This document shows, in pieces, positions 48,311-61,464 of a stretch of 64,000 nucleotides of DNA (position 1 is the first letter of the stretch; every line of letters starts with the position of its first letter). The translations under genes and the position numbers were made by a program. The DNA comes from Camelus ferus (Eukaryota). Where the stretch lies: NCBI RefSeq assembly GCF_009834535.1, contig NC_045697.1, positions 27,530,001 through 27,594,000 on the forward strand. Direction: 5' to 3'. A model generated the notes under the pieces. That model did not search any database, was not told the origin of the DNA, and saw nothing but the letters and a program-made list of their open reading frames with translations.

Positions 48311-50674
48311 GCATTCTGGTGCCACTCATGCCTGCAGCCCAGGAGGGTCACTTCCCCCTGGGCCCAGCATCCTTGGATCCGGTGTCTGCACCCCAGAGCT
48401 TGCACGTTTCCAGGTCCTGCTCAGGATTCCCTTCCCCCAGTGCGGGGAGTCCCAGGAGGACCGACTTGACTTTTTCGAGCTTGTTCACCACGGGCCTGTG
48501 TGCAGAATGAGGAAAGGGCTGCTGGAGAGTTTTCAAGTAGCTTTTCGATGAATTCGATGAGTTCATATCCGCTGCCTGATTTCCATTTGACTTGCCTCGG
48601 TTTTTTTTTTTTTTTTGGTTCCCTGGCAGAGAGTGAGTGCTTTCGTTCCTGACTTTACAGTTCCTGGCATTGTCTGATCAGAACAGGGGAATTCTTCCTG
48701 AGAGTGCGCTGATTCATTCTGCAAAGCAGTGCCTGAGTAGCGCCTCCTGAGAGCCAGGCGTCTCACAGATGCTGAAGACAGAGTGGGGAGCGAGACAGCA
48801 AAAACCTCCCACTTCAAGAGGCCACATTCCAATGAGTGTCTTTGAATTGTGTTAACAGAGCAGAGTGCTCCCAGTAAGCAACATTTTGCCGGACGTGAGA
48901 AATTGTGTTTTCTACGAGGGTGAGTTGTGAGCTTAGGGTTGACTGGGAGGTGTGGCCTGTGTCTCTGAAACGTTGTTTAAATTTTCCCTAAGGACTGGAG
49001 GAGTCCATCCTAGGCTCCTAGGCACTGTAATAGTGACCCCTAGGAGTCAGTGGATCTCCAGCATCTAAGGTGTGGTATTCACTGTTGGGTTACAACTTGC
49101 TTGTTCTACACTTGAGAAGTTCATCTAAGGGATAAGAAATGAAGCCAAGAGCAAATAGTCTTCCTCCTCTGTGCAACCCACTTGTCACTCGCTCTCCTGG
49201 AAGCTGGTGCTTTCTCTTCAAATCGCGTCATTTTCACATGGTTATGAGTTTAACCTTTCCCCACCTTCCTCTCTCTCCTTCTCTCCCTCCCTGATCTGTG
49301 AGCTCACCAAGGCAAGGCTTCCTCTGTCTTGCCCACTGCTTATCCCTAAAAGTTCATTTCTTGCCTGACGGCCGATGGCATTCTGAAAACTGGGCTGGGG
49401 GTGGAGGTGGGGGCATAGATCCTGAGATTCTTTCTTAGACCTGCCATGCTTGTGCATTGGATGTTTTTATTTCAGGGCAGGTGAGTTTTATTTTTGAGAT
49501 TCATGGCCTAAGGTAGCCCTTACCTGTATTTTTAACACTCTTCTTTCAGGTTGTGGAGTAAATCTGGTAACAAAGGAGGAATCGCTGCCTTTTTCAGGAG
49601 TTTCCAACAGAGCAGGAAATTTGCATTCTGCCCCTGGCTCTGCTGCTAATTGGTTAAGTAATCCTGAGTAAGTGTTCTTGCCTCACTGGCCTCTGAGCAT
49701 CCTCCTTGAAGAAGCACTTATTGTGTGATGTCCCCCCAGCTCTAAAATGCTTACCCTACTCAGCCAGACCTAGAACTTTTATAGGGTCTCTGCAGATGTG
49801 ATGGGCTGCGGGGCTTCTCCAAGAGTTGCTTTTTTGGAGCTGGGGATGATAAACAGTCATAGTGTTCCTTCTTCCTACCTGATCGTCCAACCTGGCCTCC
49901 ACAGTGGTGTTGGGGGAAGTGCCACCCACTGTGGAAGCCGTGCACCTGCCGATTCTGTAGATGGGCAGGTTGTCAAGGTGATATTTTAGGCCTGCTGAGA
50001 CTTTGTCTTCCTCACCTACAAGTTGGCCACTCACGACTCCTCTTTGATGCTCTACAGTCAGACTCCCTAGATCCTCCTTTCAGGTGCTGTGTGTCCAGAT
50101 CTCTTCTAGACCTGTTCTGGACCCCTTCTGGAGGGGGAACAGTGATTCATGGACCACACACACTTGCTGTCTAGTTTTAGAGCTGGGCTCGTGACATCCA
50201 CCTCCTAGTCACCGCCCCAGGCCTTGCAGCACCCTGTGAGCCTGTCAGCACACTGACAGTACAGATTACACTCTTCAGGAATTGCACGTCAACTCAGCCA
50301 TTCATTTACTTTGGACAAGATGCTACGTCGGGGGAAGACGCTTGGTCTCAGGAAGTCACACCGGATGGAGCTTCTCTTTCTCCTTTTTCTTCTCCTTCCT
50401 CCTCCCCCCCACCTCCACTCTTCCTCCACTTCTTCCTCTTTCTTCCTCTACTTTATCTTTTTCTAACGTGATATTAGAAAAGACACACACACATAGAGAA
50501 GTACTCGAAACCCGAGAACAGCTTAATAGATTTTTGTAAAATGAACACCTGTGTAGTTGCCACCCAGGTCGAGCATCCTCCAGCTGGAACCGTGACCCTG
50601 AATTTTATCATTTCTGCTTTGTTCCAAGGCCAGGCACAGATTTCTTTACTGACTCCACAGACGTCTTTATTCAA

Positions 50675-50905
50675 CAACAATAACAGCTAACACCTGGGCA
50701 GTGCTTCCCGAGGGCCAGGCGAGATTTAGAGTGCTTGACAAATACCAACTCTCTCCATCCCTACGACACCCTTATCAGATAGGTGTTATGGTTGTTACGT
50801 TGGTTGTACAGATGAGGAAATCGAGGCATTTGTCCAGGGTCACACAGTAAAGAGTCTGGATTTGAACCCATAGAGTCTGGCTCCCGAGACTGCACTCCTA
50901 CCAAC
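50675..50905 (-). mobile_element. MIR SINE
   Basis: tacagatgaggaaatcgaggc...tgtccagggtcacacag...ggatttgaaccca. Confidence 0.8.
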
Positions 50906-51075
50906 ATACTGCTTCTCACTACATGGAATCTGGAAGTTGCACTGAAAAGTTCTGATACATGTAAAGTCCCCCTCACAGATGTATATGAAATTTGAATATC
51001 ATAGCAGCAATATTACAGCCTCAGGACTGAGAAAACCCAGCCCTGCTTCTGTCTTTGCAGTGAAACTAATTTAGG

Positions 51076-51110
51076 TGTGTGTGTGTGTGTGTGCGTGCGT
51101 ATGCGTGTGT
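51076..51110. repeat. (TG)n/(TGCG)n alternating purine-pyrimidine repeat
   Basis: Directly visible. Confidence 0.9.
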
Positions 51111-51439
51111 TTCCTTTCTGGACATCATACTCATCTCAAAGTTCAGCTGACTAGCAAACATCACCTTTGGTGATCTCTTCTAATACAGATGGGGCCAAAT
51201 TTCCCAGTGCCCCAGCCACTTTGGGTTCTACTGGCCCCAGAGTTATTCTCAGTACCAGACTGGCATAACTCAGATCTTCCCCCACTTTTTGCCATGAAGG
51301 ATGGCTTTTCCCTATTCCTCTGCCTTGACTAAGTAAAAATAAATGTCCCCCTTTCCTCCCATGTTGTATTTTTCAAGGACATATATCTGTCAAGCATTGC
51401 TTCTCATCACCAGGAGACAACTTACAACCAGTGATGCTC

Positions 51440-53000
51440 AGTTTTTACACTTATTAGCTGTGCCCACCTTGCCAAGGAACTCTCTGTGCCTCTGTTTCTC
51501 CATTTATGAGAGGGGGATAAGGTTATCTACCTTACTGGGTTGTTTTGAGCATCAAATGAGACAAGTATAAACTTCCTAGCACAGAGAAAGTGCTCAGTAA
51601 ATATTTGGGGGTTTTTGTTGTTGTTCTTATTATTGAGTTGAAGGCAATTATGGTTATATTTCATATGAGTTTGTCTTGAACTCTAGCCTGAGCCAAGATC
51701 CTTGGACATTTCTTTTGGCCTGTTCACCTTAAGATATGTGAATTATGCTAGACTTGTTAAATATTGAAAACAATTTCTGAGTATCCCTTGCCATAGTCCT
51801 TTGTGAAAATCCAGGTATCTGGACCCCAGGTAAGGAATCCAGGTGTCCCTACCTGGGGGATCAACTAGCCTAAGTTTTAGCCATGGAGGGTTTGGGGCAT
51901 TTACAAATTCTGCCCTCATTGCCTATTTATCCCAATTACATAGTCAACTCTTGATTACTTGGGGACTGCAGTCCAATTGGAGGAAAGACCATGGGCCTCC
52001 TGCTTGCTTTATCAGTCCATTCATGTCTTCTTGGCTCTTTTCACCAAAATTCAAGAGGGATTTTGAACAGCAGAGAATAGAAAAAGAGACTCAATCAGCT
52101 AAATTTGTTACTTCCTATTAATTAAGGTTGAAAGGTGAGGGTGAAGCTACGGAGAAAAAAGCATTTAAGATTTTAATAATCTACATTGTCCCAGTCTCTG
52201 TTGCTGTGGAAAATTGAGATTTCCCCACATGTCAGCTGCTGGGCTTTGGGGCAGATGATGCTGTAGAAGAAGAAAAGCCTGGGTGTTTCCATCAGCTCCA
52301 GGTCTGAATGGTGGCGCCTCTACTCACCGTCTCTGCGATCTTGACTCAGTCTCTCTCAGCCTCGGTTTTCTCATCTGTAGAATGGAAACAATGCCCATCT
52401 CACTGTGAACATGAAATGAAATGATGTATGTAAAACACTTGGTAGCCACAAGCACTCAAAACTTAGCTTCTTTCTCCTGACTCTTCCTAGGTGATCTGTG
52501 AAAACTATGGGATGAGCCAATTTGCTGAAAAATGAGAGTAGACGGTGGTGACTTGGCTCTACTTCGTGGAGTAATTTATTCACCGACTATATTGTCACCA
52601 TTTCACCAGTGTTTCAAAATTGTTTAGAAACAGCTTCAGTGTTACAGAGTAATCAGAGAATTCTGCAGGAAAAAAAAGTGGGGAAACTGCTCAAAGTCAT
52701 CAAGAGCTGGCTCCACTCTCTGCCCCCAACACACTCAACTTGCACTGTCTGGAGTCAGTGTCTCAAATGACGCTGGTCAGCGCCGTCATCACATCCTCAT
52801 TTTACAACGTTCCCACATTCGCATCGCCTCATTTCCTTTCAGTCAGAACAACTCCTGGGATGGTGGCTTACATGTTGTCATTTCCATTTTTCTGGTAAGG
52901 AAATTGAAATTCAAGGGGGTCAGATGACTAGCCCAAATGCACACTTCTAATTGGTGGGTGGAAAAAAAGATGTGAATACATCTCATGACTCTTGACCTGG
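51440..53000. mobile_element. Three MIR fragments (~51440-51610 +, ~52255-52460 +, ~52820-53000 -)
   Basis: tctctgtgcctctgtttctcc; cctcggttttctcatctgtagaatgg; taaggaaattgaaattcaagggg. Confidence 0.65.
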
Positions 53001-54498
53001 AGAGTCTGTACGTGTGTGTATGTATTTTTTTTTCCTTCGGAAGCTAACCAATAGCTCAGTTAAAAAGAAAAAGAAATATATTCAATTTAAAATCCCAAAT
53101 AAGCTTGGACAATTGTTTTTGAGTTTGTTGTGATGGAATTTAATTTCTGTGCTATTTGAGATGCACACTACTTCCTGGATGAGAAACAACTTTCCGGTAG
53201 AGGTAAACAACCACTTCCAGAACAACAGAAACAGAAGAGGAAGCAAACGAACAGACCATTAAAAAAAGAAGAGTTATAAGCAGGTTGGCTCGTTTAAAAA
53301 TGTTGGGATAGAGATTCATAAAATAATAAATAAAAATGCTGAATAATAAATCACTAAAAGGTTACCTATTAGAATAGCCTTCAACGAGTGGCTCTAACTT
53401 TAAGTCAAAAAATACAATGAGTCACAAAATTCTCTCACCAAAACTGAGATGGGCAAAGAAACAGTAGCTTCTTTTTTCCTTCAAAACTGCCCCTAGCTCC
53501 TCATACGTCTCAGCCCTCAGGGTATCTGGGAAAGTTCAGACTTGACAATAAGCAATGTTTCAGGCTCTTCTGGGTGAAAAATCTCCTCTGCATTTAAGCA
53601 GTCTATTCCGAGTTCAGTTGGGTGTCATCTGGAGTGATCAAAAAACTGTCTTCAGGATAAACCCATCCTTTGGGATAAGTAGCCTTTCAGAGTGTGTCCT
53701 TTCCTTTCTTCTCCCCAGGACGGTGTCATCATGGGGGCCAGTGGGGGACTCTTTCTGTCCTCTTGGTGTATATATATGTATGTCTGGACAGACCGGCTTC
53801 CTGGACTGGTGACAGTTGAGTGGGGTCTGTCTGGGTTCTCAGTCCTGCCCCCAGCCTGATCATTTGTCCCTGCACACTGTGGCCCCTCCTGCCAACCCCA
53901 GGCCTTTTCTGGGCCCCTCATCTACTCAGAAATTCACTGTCCTCTCTCAGGGGCACAAGGGCTCCTCTGCTTTCCAGGAATCAGAAACATGGTCTTGGCC
54001 TCAAGGTGATGGACTGTCTCCCATCACCTCCTCATCATTGTCTCTGGATCCTGTTAAACATATCCCCAGCCTAAAAGCCTACGACCTCCTTGCATTAGGC
54101 CTGAAGAGGTGGTCGTCCACCCTCTCCTGCATATCCCGGAGATGGTCCTCAGTTTCCTTTTTTCAACTGTTGACTCTGATCTCTTTTTTCCACCATCTCC
54201 CCTTTTTTCTCCCCATCTTGGCTCGTGAACGGAAGGAGTCTTTTCTTGGCATTGGGGAAGAAATGGTAGGTAAGAGTCTTTCAGGGTTGAACCTGATATG
54301 TACTGGGAGTTAAAGGAATTCAGACTGGCTTTAAAGAGCATTGCCTTGGCCATTACATTTCTTCTAAATGTCAAAAACTGCATGTTCTTTCTTGAATTCA
54401 TGTTGCAATGATCCCAAACCTTGAGACAGATGCCTGTGCAGAAGTGGGAGAGAGATCGGTGCATTAGTAAAATTTCATTAAAAGCTGTTATAAAAACC

Positions 54499-56284
54499 GG
54501 TGAAAGAATTATACACAGAAAACTATAAACCATTGATGAAGGAAATTAAAGAAGACTTCAAAAAATCGAAAGATATTCCATGCTCTTGGATTGGAAGAAT
54601 CAATATTGTTAAAATGGTCACACTGCCCAAGGCAATCTACAGATTTAATGCAATCCCTATCCAATTACCCAGGACATATTTCACAGAACTAGAAAAAATC
54701 ATAATAAAATTCATATGGAACCATCAAAGACCTAGAATTGCCAAAGCATTACTGAAGAGAAAGAAAGAGGCTGGAGGAATAACTCTCCCAGACTTCAGAC
54801 AATACTATAGAGCTACAGTCATCAAGACAGCATGGTATTGGTACCAAAACAGACATATAGACCAATGGAACAGAATAGAGAGCCCAGAAATGAACCCACA
54901 AACTTTTGGTCAACTCATCTTTGACAAAGGAGGCAAGAATAGACATTGGAATAAAGACAGTCTCTTCAGCAAATGGTGTTGGGAAAACTGGACAGCAGCA
55001 TGTAAAACAATGAAGCTAGAACACTCCCTTACACCATATACAAAAATCAACTCAAAATGGATTAAAGACTTAAACATAAGACAAGATACAATAAACCTCC
55101 TAGAGGAAAACATAGGCAAAACATTATCTGACATACATTTCAAAAATTTTCTCCTAGAAGAAATAAAAGCAAGAATAAACAAATGGGACCTAATGAAACT
55201 TACAAGCTTCTGCACAGCAAAGGAAACCAGAAATAAAATAAGAAGAAAACCTACGGAATGGGAGAAAATTTTTGCAAGTGAAACCGACAAAGGCTTGATC
55301 TCCAGAATATATAAGCAGCTCATACGACTCAATAAGAAAAAAATAAACAACCCAATCCAAAAATGGGCAGAAGACCTAAACAAGCAATTCTCCAAGGAAG
55401 ACATACAAATGATCAAAAAGCACATGAAAAAATGCTCAATATCACTAATTATCTGAGAAATGCAAATCAAAACTACAATGAGGTATCACCTCACACCAGT
55501 CAGAATGGCCGTCATTCAAAAATCCACAAATGACAAATGCTGGAGAAGCTGTGGAGAAAGGGGAACCCTCCTACACTGCTGGTGGGAATGCAGTTTGGTG
55601 CAGCCACTATGGAAAACAGTGTGGAGATTCCTCAAAAGACTAGGAATAGACTTACCATATGACCCAGGAATCCCACTCCTGGGCTTGTATCCAGAAGGAA
55701 ATCTACTTCAGGATGACACCTGCACCCCAATGTTCATAGCAGCACTATTTACAATAGCCAAAACATGGAAACAGCCTAAATGTCCATCAACAGGTGACTG
55801 GATAAAGAAGAGGTGGTACATTTATACAATGGAATACTACTCAGCCATAAAACCGACAACATAATGCCATTTGCAGCAACATGGATGCTCCTGGAGAATG
55901 TCATTCTAAGTGAAGTAAGCCAGAAAGAGAAAGAAAAATACCATATGAGATCGCTCATATGTGGAATCTAAAAAACAAAAACAAAAACAAACAAACAAAA
56001 ACAAAGTGTAAATAAAGGACAGAAATAGACTCACAGACAGAGAATACAGACTTGTGGTTACCTGGGGGGTGGAGGGTGGGAAGGGATAGACTGGGATTTC
56101 AAAATTGTAGAACAGACTACACTGTATAGCACAGGGAAATATACACAAAATGTTATGATAACTCACAGAGAAAAAAATGTGACAATGAGTGTGTATATGT
56201 CCATGAATAACTGAAAAATTGTGCTGAACACTGGAATTTGACACAACATTGTAAAATGATTATAAATCAATAAAAAATGTTAAA
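54499..56284 (+). mobile_element. Young 5'-truncated L1 (ORF2 C-terminal ~450 codons plus 3'UTR)
   Basis: ORFs 54500..55456 and 55460..55864, G-rich 3'UTR and AATAAA. Putative TSD AAAAACC (54492-54498, 56285-56291). Confidence 0.96.
54500..55864 (+). pseudogene. L1 ORF2 C-terminal fragment including the cysteine-rich CCHC domain
   Basis: [26 protein letters not shown] and [18 protein letters not shown]. In-frame TGA at 55454-55456 where Arg is expected, and a 1-bp deletion at SAIK relative to the 47.4-kb copy. Confidence 0.93.
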
Positions 56285-56309
56285 AAAAACCTATGTTAAA
56301 TAAAAAATA

Positions 56310-56765
56310 TAGGAATACATTGGTATAAATAAACATAAACAAATAACAACACATAAACAATACAAAATATACAGGAAAAGAAAAACTCAGTCTTGCCTTA
56401 CACCCCATATTATTATCATCTCACTTTCCTCTCCATATCTACCCATCTTTAGCAGCTTGGAGTATATCCTTCTAGACCATTTTCTAGATATTTATATACA
56501 TGTGTACAAATGTGTCAGTTTTGCTTTTACTTTTATTGAAAGTGACTTCACGGTATAGTATTCTTTTATTTAACAATATAGTTTACAAATTATTCCATAT
56601 CAGTGCCTATAGGTCAACCTCACTTTTAAAAACTAATGTGTGGAAATCCTCAGTATGGATGAACCACTACTTATTCTACCAATTTCATGGTGTACATTTA
56701 GATTATTTTAGAACTCCTTGCTCTTATAAACAGTGCCCCAGAAAATATCTTTCTTTGCATCTCCT
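56310..56765 (-). mobile_element. Ancient L1ME-type fragment
   Basis: ttggagtatatccttctagacc...ttccatatcagtgcctataggtc...gtatggatgaaccac. Confidence 0.6.
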
Positions 56766-56869
56766 TGTGCAGCTTCCAGCGCAGCAAACACGTACGCCTT
56801 ACAAGAATCTAATACAGAGAGTGATGACATTCCATACCTGCCCTTTGGCTACCTGTAAACATAAAAAGT

Positions 56870-58340
56870 ACCACCTTTGGGGAAGCATACAGGGAAACTC
56901 ATGTCCACCGGGTCCAAGGGCAGAGGCAGTGATTTCATAGGAACCTGGGCCAGACCTGCCTGCTGGATTTGGAAGGTCTCCTGAGGACATGGGGGATGGC
57001 TGCTGCTCTCTCAGGGGACATAAAAGCTGGTGGTGGACATTCTGGGAGTGTTCATCTACATGAGCTTTCCTGGAGGCTGACATCTAGATTGGATCGTTAG
57101 CATCAAGACCTAGCCCCACCCAGCAGCCTGTAAGGAAGCCTCAGGCCAAACAACATACAGGGTGGGAACACAGACACACCCATCATCAGACTTCCTAAGC
57201 CACAAAGGCCTCTAGACACAGCCCCATCCACACCAGAGGTCCAGGAACAAGCTTCACCCAGCAGTGGGCAGGCACCAGCTCCTCTTGCCAGGAAACCTGC
57301 ATAAGCCTCTAGTCCAGCCTCATCCACCAGGGGCAGATACTGGAAATAAGAAAATAATCCCAAAGCCTGTGGAAGGAATCCACAAACACATAGAAAGATA
57401 GATGATATGAGGCGGCAAAGGAATATCTTCCAGGCCAAGACAGAAGATAAAATCCCAGAATCAAAAATAAGTGACGAGGAGACAGGTAATTTATCCGAAA
57501 AAGAATTTAAAGTAATGACGGCCAAGATGTTCAGAGAACTCAAGAGGAGTATAGAAGTACAGGGCGAAGTTTTTAGCAAAGAGTTGGAAAATATAAAGAA
57601 TACCCAAACAGAGTTGAAGAATAAAATCACTGAAATGAACAATACACTGGAAGGAACCAAGAATAGACTAAATGAGGCAGAAGAATGGATCAGTGAGCTA
57701 GAAAACAGATTAGTGGAAATCACTACTTCAGAACAGAAAAAGGAAAAAAGAATGCAAAGAAATGCGGATAGGTTAAGAGAACTGGGACAACATGAAGCAC
57801 CCCAATATTCACATTATAGGGGTCCCAGAAAGAGAAGAGAGAGAAAAAGGACCTGAGAAAAATTTTGGAGAGATACTCACTGAAAACTTCCCCAACTTGG
57901 GAAAGGATATAGTCACCCAAGTCTAGGAAGCGCAGAGAGTTCTACACAGAATCAGCCCAAAGAGGAACTCAGCAAGGCACATAGTCATCAAATTGACAAC
58001 AATTAAGGGTAAGAAGAAAATATTAAAATTGGCAAGAGAAAAGCAACAAATAACATACAAAGGAACTCCCATAAGGTTATCAGCTGACTTTTCAGCAGAA
58101 ACTCTCCAGGCCAGAAGGGAGGGGCATGATGTAGTTAAAGTGATGAAAGGGGGAAACTTACAACCAAGAATACTCTATCCAGCAAGGCTCTCATTCAGAC
58201 TTGACGGAGAAATCAAAATCTTCACAGATAAGCAAAACCTAAAAGATTTCAGCACCACCAAACCAGCTTTACAACAAATGTTAAAGGGCCTTCCCTTGTC
58301 ATTGAACCATAAAAAAAGGGAGAAAAAAAAAAAAAAAAAG
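56870..58340 (+). mobile_element. Older L1 family: partial 5'UTR plus ORF1, ending in an A-rich tract
   Basis: 5'UTR motifs gggccagacctgcctgctgg and cctcaggccaaacaac; ORF1 homology; A-run at ~58310-58339. Confidence 0.88.
57407..58292 (+). pseudogene. L1 ORF1 pseudogene
   Basis: MRRQRNIFQ...coiled coil...RLREL, then a frameshift near 57783 and a TAG near 57924. Resumes as AREKQQITYKGTPIRLSADFS...YPARLSF...QQMLKGL. Confidence 0.9.
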
Positions 58341-58344
58341 ACTT

Positions 58345-58860
58345 AACAAAAGATTGCTTTGGCTGTTCGGGGTCTTTGTGATTCCTTATAAATTTTGGAA
58401 TTGTTTGTTCCAGTTCTGTGAGGAATGTCATGAGTATTTTGATGGGGGTTGCATTGGCTCTGTGGATTGCTCTGGGTAGCGTGGCCATTTTGATAGTGCT
58501 GATTCTTCCAATCCAAGAGCACGAGAAATCTTTCCATTTCTTCATGTCATTTCAGTTTTTAGAGTATAGGTAACCTCCTTGGTTAGGTTTATTTCTAGGT
58601 ATTTTGTTGTTTTTGATGTAATGGAAATTCTCTGCCAGCTATAAAATTCTGTTTTTTTGAAGTGAAAAAAAAAAAGTGAATGAAGGGCCACAAATGGCAA
58701 AATATCCTTCTTTTTTATGAGTGAGTTGTATTCCATTATGTATATGTATGCTGCTTCTTCATTATCTATTCAACTATTGATGTGCACCTAGGATGCTTCC
58801 ATATCTTGGCAATTATGAATAATGTTGCTGTTAATAGCAGGGTGTATGGATCTTTTTGAA
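58345..58860 (-). mobile_element. Two non-collinear L1 ORF2 fragments (58345-58625; 58690-58860)
   Basis: KWKDFSCSWIGRISTIKM and KYLEINLTKEV; MEYNSLIKKKDILPFV. Confidence 0.8.
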
Positions 58861-58984
58861 TTAATTCTTATTTTGTGGTTGACTTTATTCCTTTAATAAC
58901 TATGCAAGTTTAAAAAGCTAAAGCTTTAAATGTTCTAGGAAACAATGAAGAATACATATATGTAAATTTAAAAATATATGTGCA

Positions 58985-59513
58985 GTGAGAAAAAAAGATC
59001 TATCAAGCCATGAAAGACATGGAAGAAACCTAAAAGACATATTACTAAATGAAAGAAGCCAGTCTGAAAAGGCTACAAACTGTACGATTCCAACCAGATG
59101 ACATTCTGGAAAAGGCACAGCTACAGAAAAAACAATAAAAAGATCATGGTTTCCAGGGGTTTGGGGAGAAGGGAGGGAGGAATGAATAAATGGAGCACAA
59201 GGGATCTTGAGGGAAATGAAATTTTTCTGTATGATACTATGGTGGTGGCTACATGTCATTATGCATTTGTCAAAACCTGTAAACTGTACAACATCAAGAA
59301 CCCTAATGTAAACTATGGACTTTTGTTGATAATAATGTGCCCATGTTGTTTCATCGATTGCACTAAATATGCCACACTGATGAGGGATGTTGAGGGTAGG
59401 GGAGTATATATGTGTGGGTGGGGAGGGCTATATGTGAACTCTCTGTATTTTCTGCTCAATTCTGTTGTGAACCTGAAACTGCTCTAAAAGAATAAAGTCT
59501 ATTAAAAAAAAAA
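58985..59513 (+). mobile_element. L1MC-like 3' end
   Basis: gaaagaagccagtctgaaaaggctac...aaccctaatgtaaactatggact...aactgctctaaaagaataaa plus A tail. Same family as 41548-42750. Confidence 0.88.
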
Positions 59514-61464
59514 TACCACTTTTGGGAGCCCCCATTTCCAGATGCTAAGACTCTGCTTTAATTTGGGTCACTAGCCTTCATTTTTACCACTCAGCCAGTT
59601 CTACTGAAATGGTACAGTCTTCTGCTTCTTTTTCTCTCTATCAAAAAAGTACCACAGTATCCATTGAAAAAGGCAAATTCAATGTGTTGATCAACATATA
59701 TAAATGTGGGCATATTTTTAATGTTATTATTTCAGAGAATAAAGTTGAGGCTCACCATGCTTCACCTTCATAGCTGCAGGAGGGCACTGTTTGACTTGGC
59801 AGAGTCCTGGCACTTGGCTTTCTCAGTGGTGGTGGTGTCATAGTGATGGAGATTTGAAACGCTCCCTCCTCTTCACTGCACACTTGGCCTTGATGGACCA
59901 CTGGCTGTTGTTCAGAGCACAGTGCCCAGTTCTCTTATCACATGTTTGTTGCTACCCAGTCTAGTGGTTCACCACTGGGGCGCCCCCATACTCCCTTCTC
60001 TGCTTCCATCACTTCCATCTCTAGCAGCTCCATCATATTCTCTCTCTCATCCAAACCACTTTCCAACAGAGCGCAGATTGAATGCTTCCACTGGGCAAAG
60101 CCTTTCTGCCTAGCTCTCTGATTGGTCTATGGAGAGATGAGCCCCTTTGGGTCCCCTCCGTTGTGGCCAGGGAAGCATGACTGCGTGTTATCAAGTTTGC
60201 AAATTAAGGCATTTCAAAGAGGGGGCCATGATAGACATCCAGGGGCATCTCAAAAGGGGGCCAAGTAACTGGTGTATCTGGAAAGGGTATCCTGCTAAAA
60301 ACTTTCATTTGAAAATTTCTTTTCAGTATTTTCGGCCTGCAGGAGCAACAGAGGAAGCTGCTTAGATCCCATCTGATTATAATGTGTTTCTCAGAGAAAT
60401 AAATAACCCTGAAACTGATGCATACTTCCTGTTGTTGATTTTTTCACAAGCACCCTGGACCTCAATGACAGTTCTCCAGGATCGATACGGTCCTCTGACA
60501 GCAAATTGATTGTTCCAGCAGAGATCTTTAATGAAATTGTTCACACTATTAAGGAACCGCCATCTCCAGCATATTACAATGACAATGGCAGGACCTTGTG
60601 AAGACAGAAAGCAAAGCAACTTTCCTGCTCCTTTCTTTTTGAACGCACCCACCTCTAGCAGCAAGGCTTTCTTGTTAATTAGTTGTTAATTATTGAGACA
60701 GCACCTGAAATGTTTATTAAAGAGCTGTCCCATCGACAAAAGAAAAGAACTCAGAACAGGAGACTGAATTGAAGTGTTATAAAAAGGAATGAGTAAGCTT
60801 TTACACAGTTGACTGTCTCCAAGGAAATTCTAGAAACTTACCCCTCTGGTAAGCGATGAGATGTGCTCTAGAAATGCATACTAAGTAGACCACAATAGAC
60901 GAAAATATAATAGATGTGCAGAGCTGGGAGGAACCTCAGTAATCATCTTCCCTCATATTGCAGGTTGGGAAACCCATGTAAGAGAACATAAATGAACTGT
61001 CCAAGGTCAGGCTTCTATTTGGTGTCCCAAGAATCGGTTCAGCCCAGAGAATGCATCACTACCAGGCCTGGTGGAGAGATGAGTGTTGGTGCATTTGGTT
61101 GGACCTCCCCTTCACAATGGGCATCTATCCTTGGGTTCTTTCTTTACTCTCTAAAGAGGTTATAACCTATACTGTGAAAGCAACACATTGACAGATTTAG
61201 AATTGCCCTTCATATCACTTAAACCTGCTCTGTTATGGTAGAACCAGACTCTGCTACTTCTGATGCATGATAAATAAATTATAAAGTACTTAAAAAGTAA
61301 ATTCTGTGGGAAAGTCATGTTGGGTCATTTACTTATTATTTTTTGCTGTTGTTAAAAATTAATTTGTTACATGCATATATTTAAAATAAATCATAGTTTT
61401 TGTGAACTTGTTTTGGCATTTAAATTAAAAAATTTATCACTGCAAATATAATTTATTTTTATAT

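Noticed and set aside
54910..56244. Minus-strand ORFs over the 54.5-56.3 kb L1
   Set aside because: Antisense to L1 ORF2 and the 3'UTR.
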